DNA of 64,000 bases, from positions 930,001-994,000 of the forward strand of contig JAUFOQ010000005.1 of assembly GCA_040285855.1 (NCBI GenBank). Direction: 5' to 3'. The stretch's first letter is position 1. Each line of letters begins with the position of its first letter. Source of the DNA: Eukaryota sp. GEM-RC1. Taxonomy: Eukaryota. Below the pieces are notes generated by a model. The model was not told the DNA's origin, made no database searches, and saw only the letters and a program-made list of their open reading frames with translations. Shown piece by piece: positions 62,393 through 64,000 of the stretch. The translations under genes were made by a program, and so were the position numbers.

Positions 62393-62850
62393 CATTGCTT
62401 CATGATCTTTCCAAGCTTTCCTCTACCACTTCTCAAGCAATAGTACATGTGCTTGAATGATTACATGTAGCAGCATTAAGAGGGAATGGCGTTTTTAGAA
62501 GCTTTGGAAGTGCTCTTAGTTGTTATTGATGTACATAATTTGTTTTCCGTTTATTTTTTCTCAGCATTTGAACATTGCAATCCGTAAACAATCAGTTTAT
62601 GTGCTGAAACAACTATTCCACCAAACTAAACAATAAAGACTATCAGAACAAACTATTAAAAGAGCAAACTTAATTCAACTCGAACAGTTGTTACTTGGCC
62701 AAAATGGAATCAACAAATCTAAACATACCTATTTTGTTCAAACTCTTAAAATGGCAAATCATTTGAGAAAGAGAATGTTTTAGTCTTGAACCAATGTCAA
62801 AAGAGAGAAAAAGACAAATGAAAAGGAAACTGCAACTTTTGCCGGTACTA

Positions 62851-64000
62851 ATGGTGTTCCTTACACATCAACTTCTTGGGAAAAGAACAGGTCTACTCTA
62901 GGCCGACTATGGCTCGCTGGAACTATGAAGTCAAAACTCTCAAAGAAGATGGTCATGGATACCAGTATTCCTGATCAAGTCTCGGAGATCAAAGGGTCTG
63001 ACCAACTGAATCTGCGAATAGCCAGCATCCTTCTTTTTGGTCTTGTTGTCATCCACGAAAAGAAATCTCAGTACATCTTTGGTATTGTCACGCCTCTTCT
63101 ACTTATCACAGCTGATGTCAACGACATACTGATTTATGTGAAGAAATCCACGCAGATAAAGGACGGGAAGAAGAAGAAATCCAAAGGAGATGTAACTCGG
63201 CCAGTTGCTGGCCAGCAGTTCAATGATGTTCCATTGGACTTAGCGGATGTCCTTCAGAGCACTGATCTACCATCTCAGTCCTTCCTAGACATGCTTCCAA
63301 GTGCCCAAAGAAGTTCTAGAAGCACTCCAAGATCACTCTCACGGGTGAGCGCCATCGAGAATGTAAGATATTCGCCCTTCGGTCACCAAATGTCATTCAA
63401 TCCATTGGGAACACCACAAATGAATCCGATGGGGGAAGAAATGGATGAACTGTTTGCCATAAACGGTATAGAAATGCTAGACGTCGATGGAATAATGAAC
63501 GATATGCCTCCACTCAACCTTGAGCTCGATCCCATTGATTTTGAAGAACAATTGCCGATCATAGAAGGTAATATAGAAGAGCAAGGATTACAAGAAGAGG
63601 AACATCCATTACTAGAAAGAAGAAAGCGAAAAAAGGATGGAAAGACAGAAATCATATCTTTAGATCATGAGTTACTCAAATACTGGATCGCAAACCCAAA
63701 CAAAATTGTTCATACTCCCCAACTGAAAGTTCCACGACTGTCAGCAGATGACCAGTTGTTAAGCACTGGATCATGGCCATATTCGCTGATGCCAATGTTT
63801 GAAGGTATTATGAAGCAAACTGTACAAGAGTTTAGAATTGATGGTCATTTACAAACTATTGATCCAACTCAAGATCTTTTTGAAGAACCAGAATTAATGA
63901 GAGCTAACTCTGTTTCCCGAACTCCAATCGCTCACAATTTAATTACACCTCAACGATCTAGCAGAACGATTTCCTCACACCAAACAATACAATCAGGATT
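62851..64000 (+). CDS. Rad21/Rec8-family cohesin kleisin, N-terminal part (runs off the window end)
   Basis: FLTHQLL...LGRLWLAGT...LNLRIASILLFGLVVIHEKKSQYI; 30-nt intron 63082-63111; one missing A near 62883. Confidence 0.85.

Overview
AT-rich, gene-dense eukaryotic (protist-type) genomic DNA read with the standard code. It has very short GT-AG introns (27-32 nt) whose branch point sits at a near-fixed distance from the 3' splice site. About 18 protein genes are supported: a giant RCC1/LamG surface protein (partial), ALIX/BRO1, a PAS hybrid histidine kinase, a TmcB-like membrane protein ending in a hemerythrin, a small secreted Cys-rich two-module protein, an FHA-AAA ATPase, two inverted FIST(NosP)-adenylate cyclase paralogues, RPS20, two tandem multi-TM paralogues, a saposin-like protein, epsin/ENTH, eIF3g, a TTLL3-like ligase, RCHY1/Pirh2, SNRNP27, a Rad21/Rec8 kleisin (partial) and hypotheticals. 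Intergenic DNA is packed with transposon debris: a decayed chromodomain Ty3/gypsy element, many 5'-truncated RLE-type non-LTR fragments, an internally deleted Mutator element, and about ten short TIR elements, several with perfect 8-bp TSDs and nesting. About 15 single-base indels in homopolymers interrupt otherwise intact genes and most likely are assembly errors. The most notable biology is a set of bacterial-type gas/redox sensor domains (FIST/NosP, hemerythrin, PAS-HK) fused into eukaryotic signalling proteins within about 26 kb. All protein calls are from motif recognition by eye; no database search was run.
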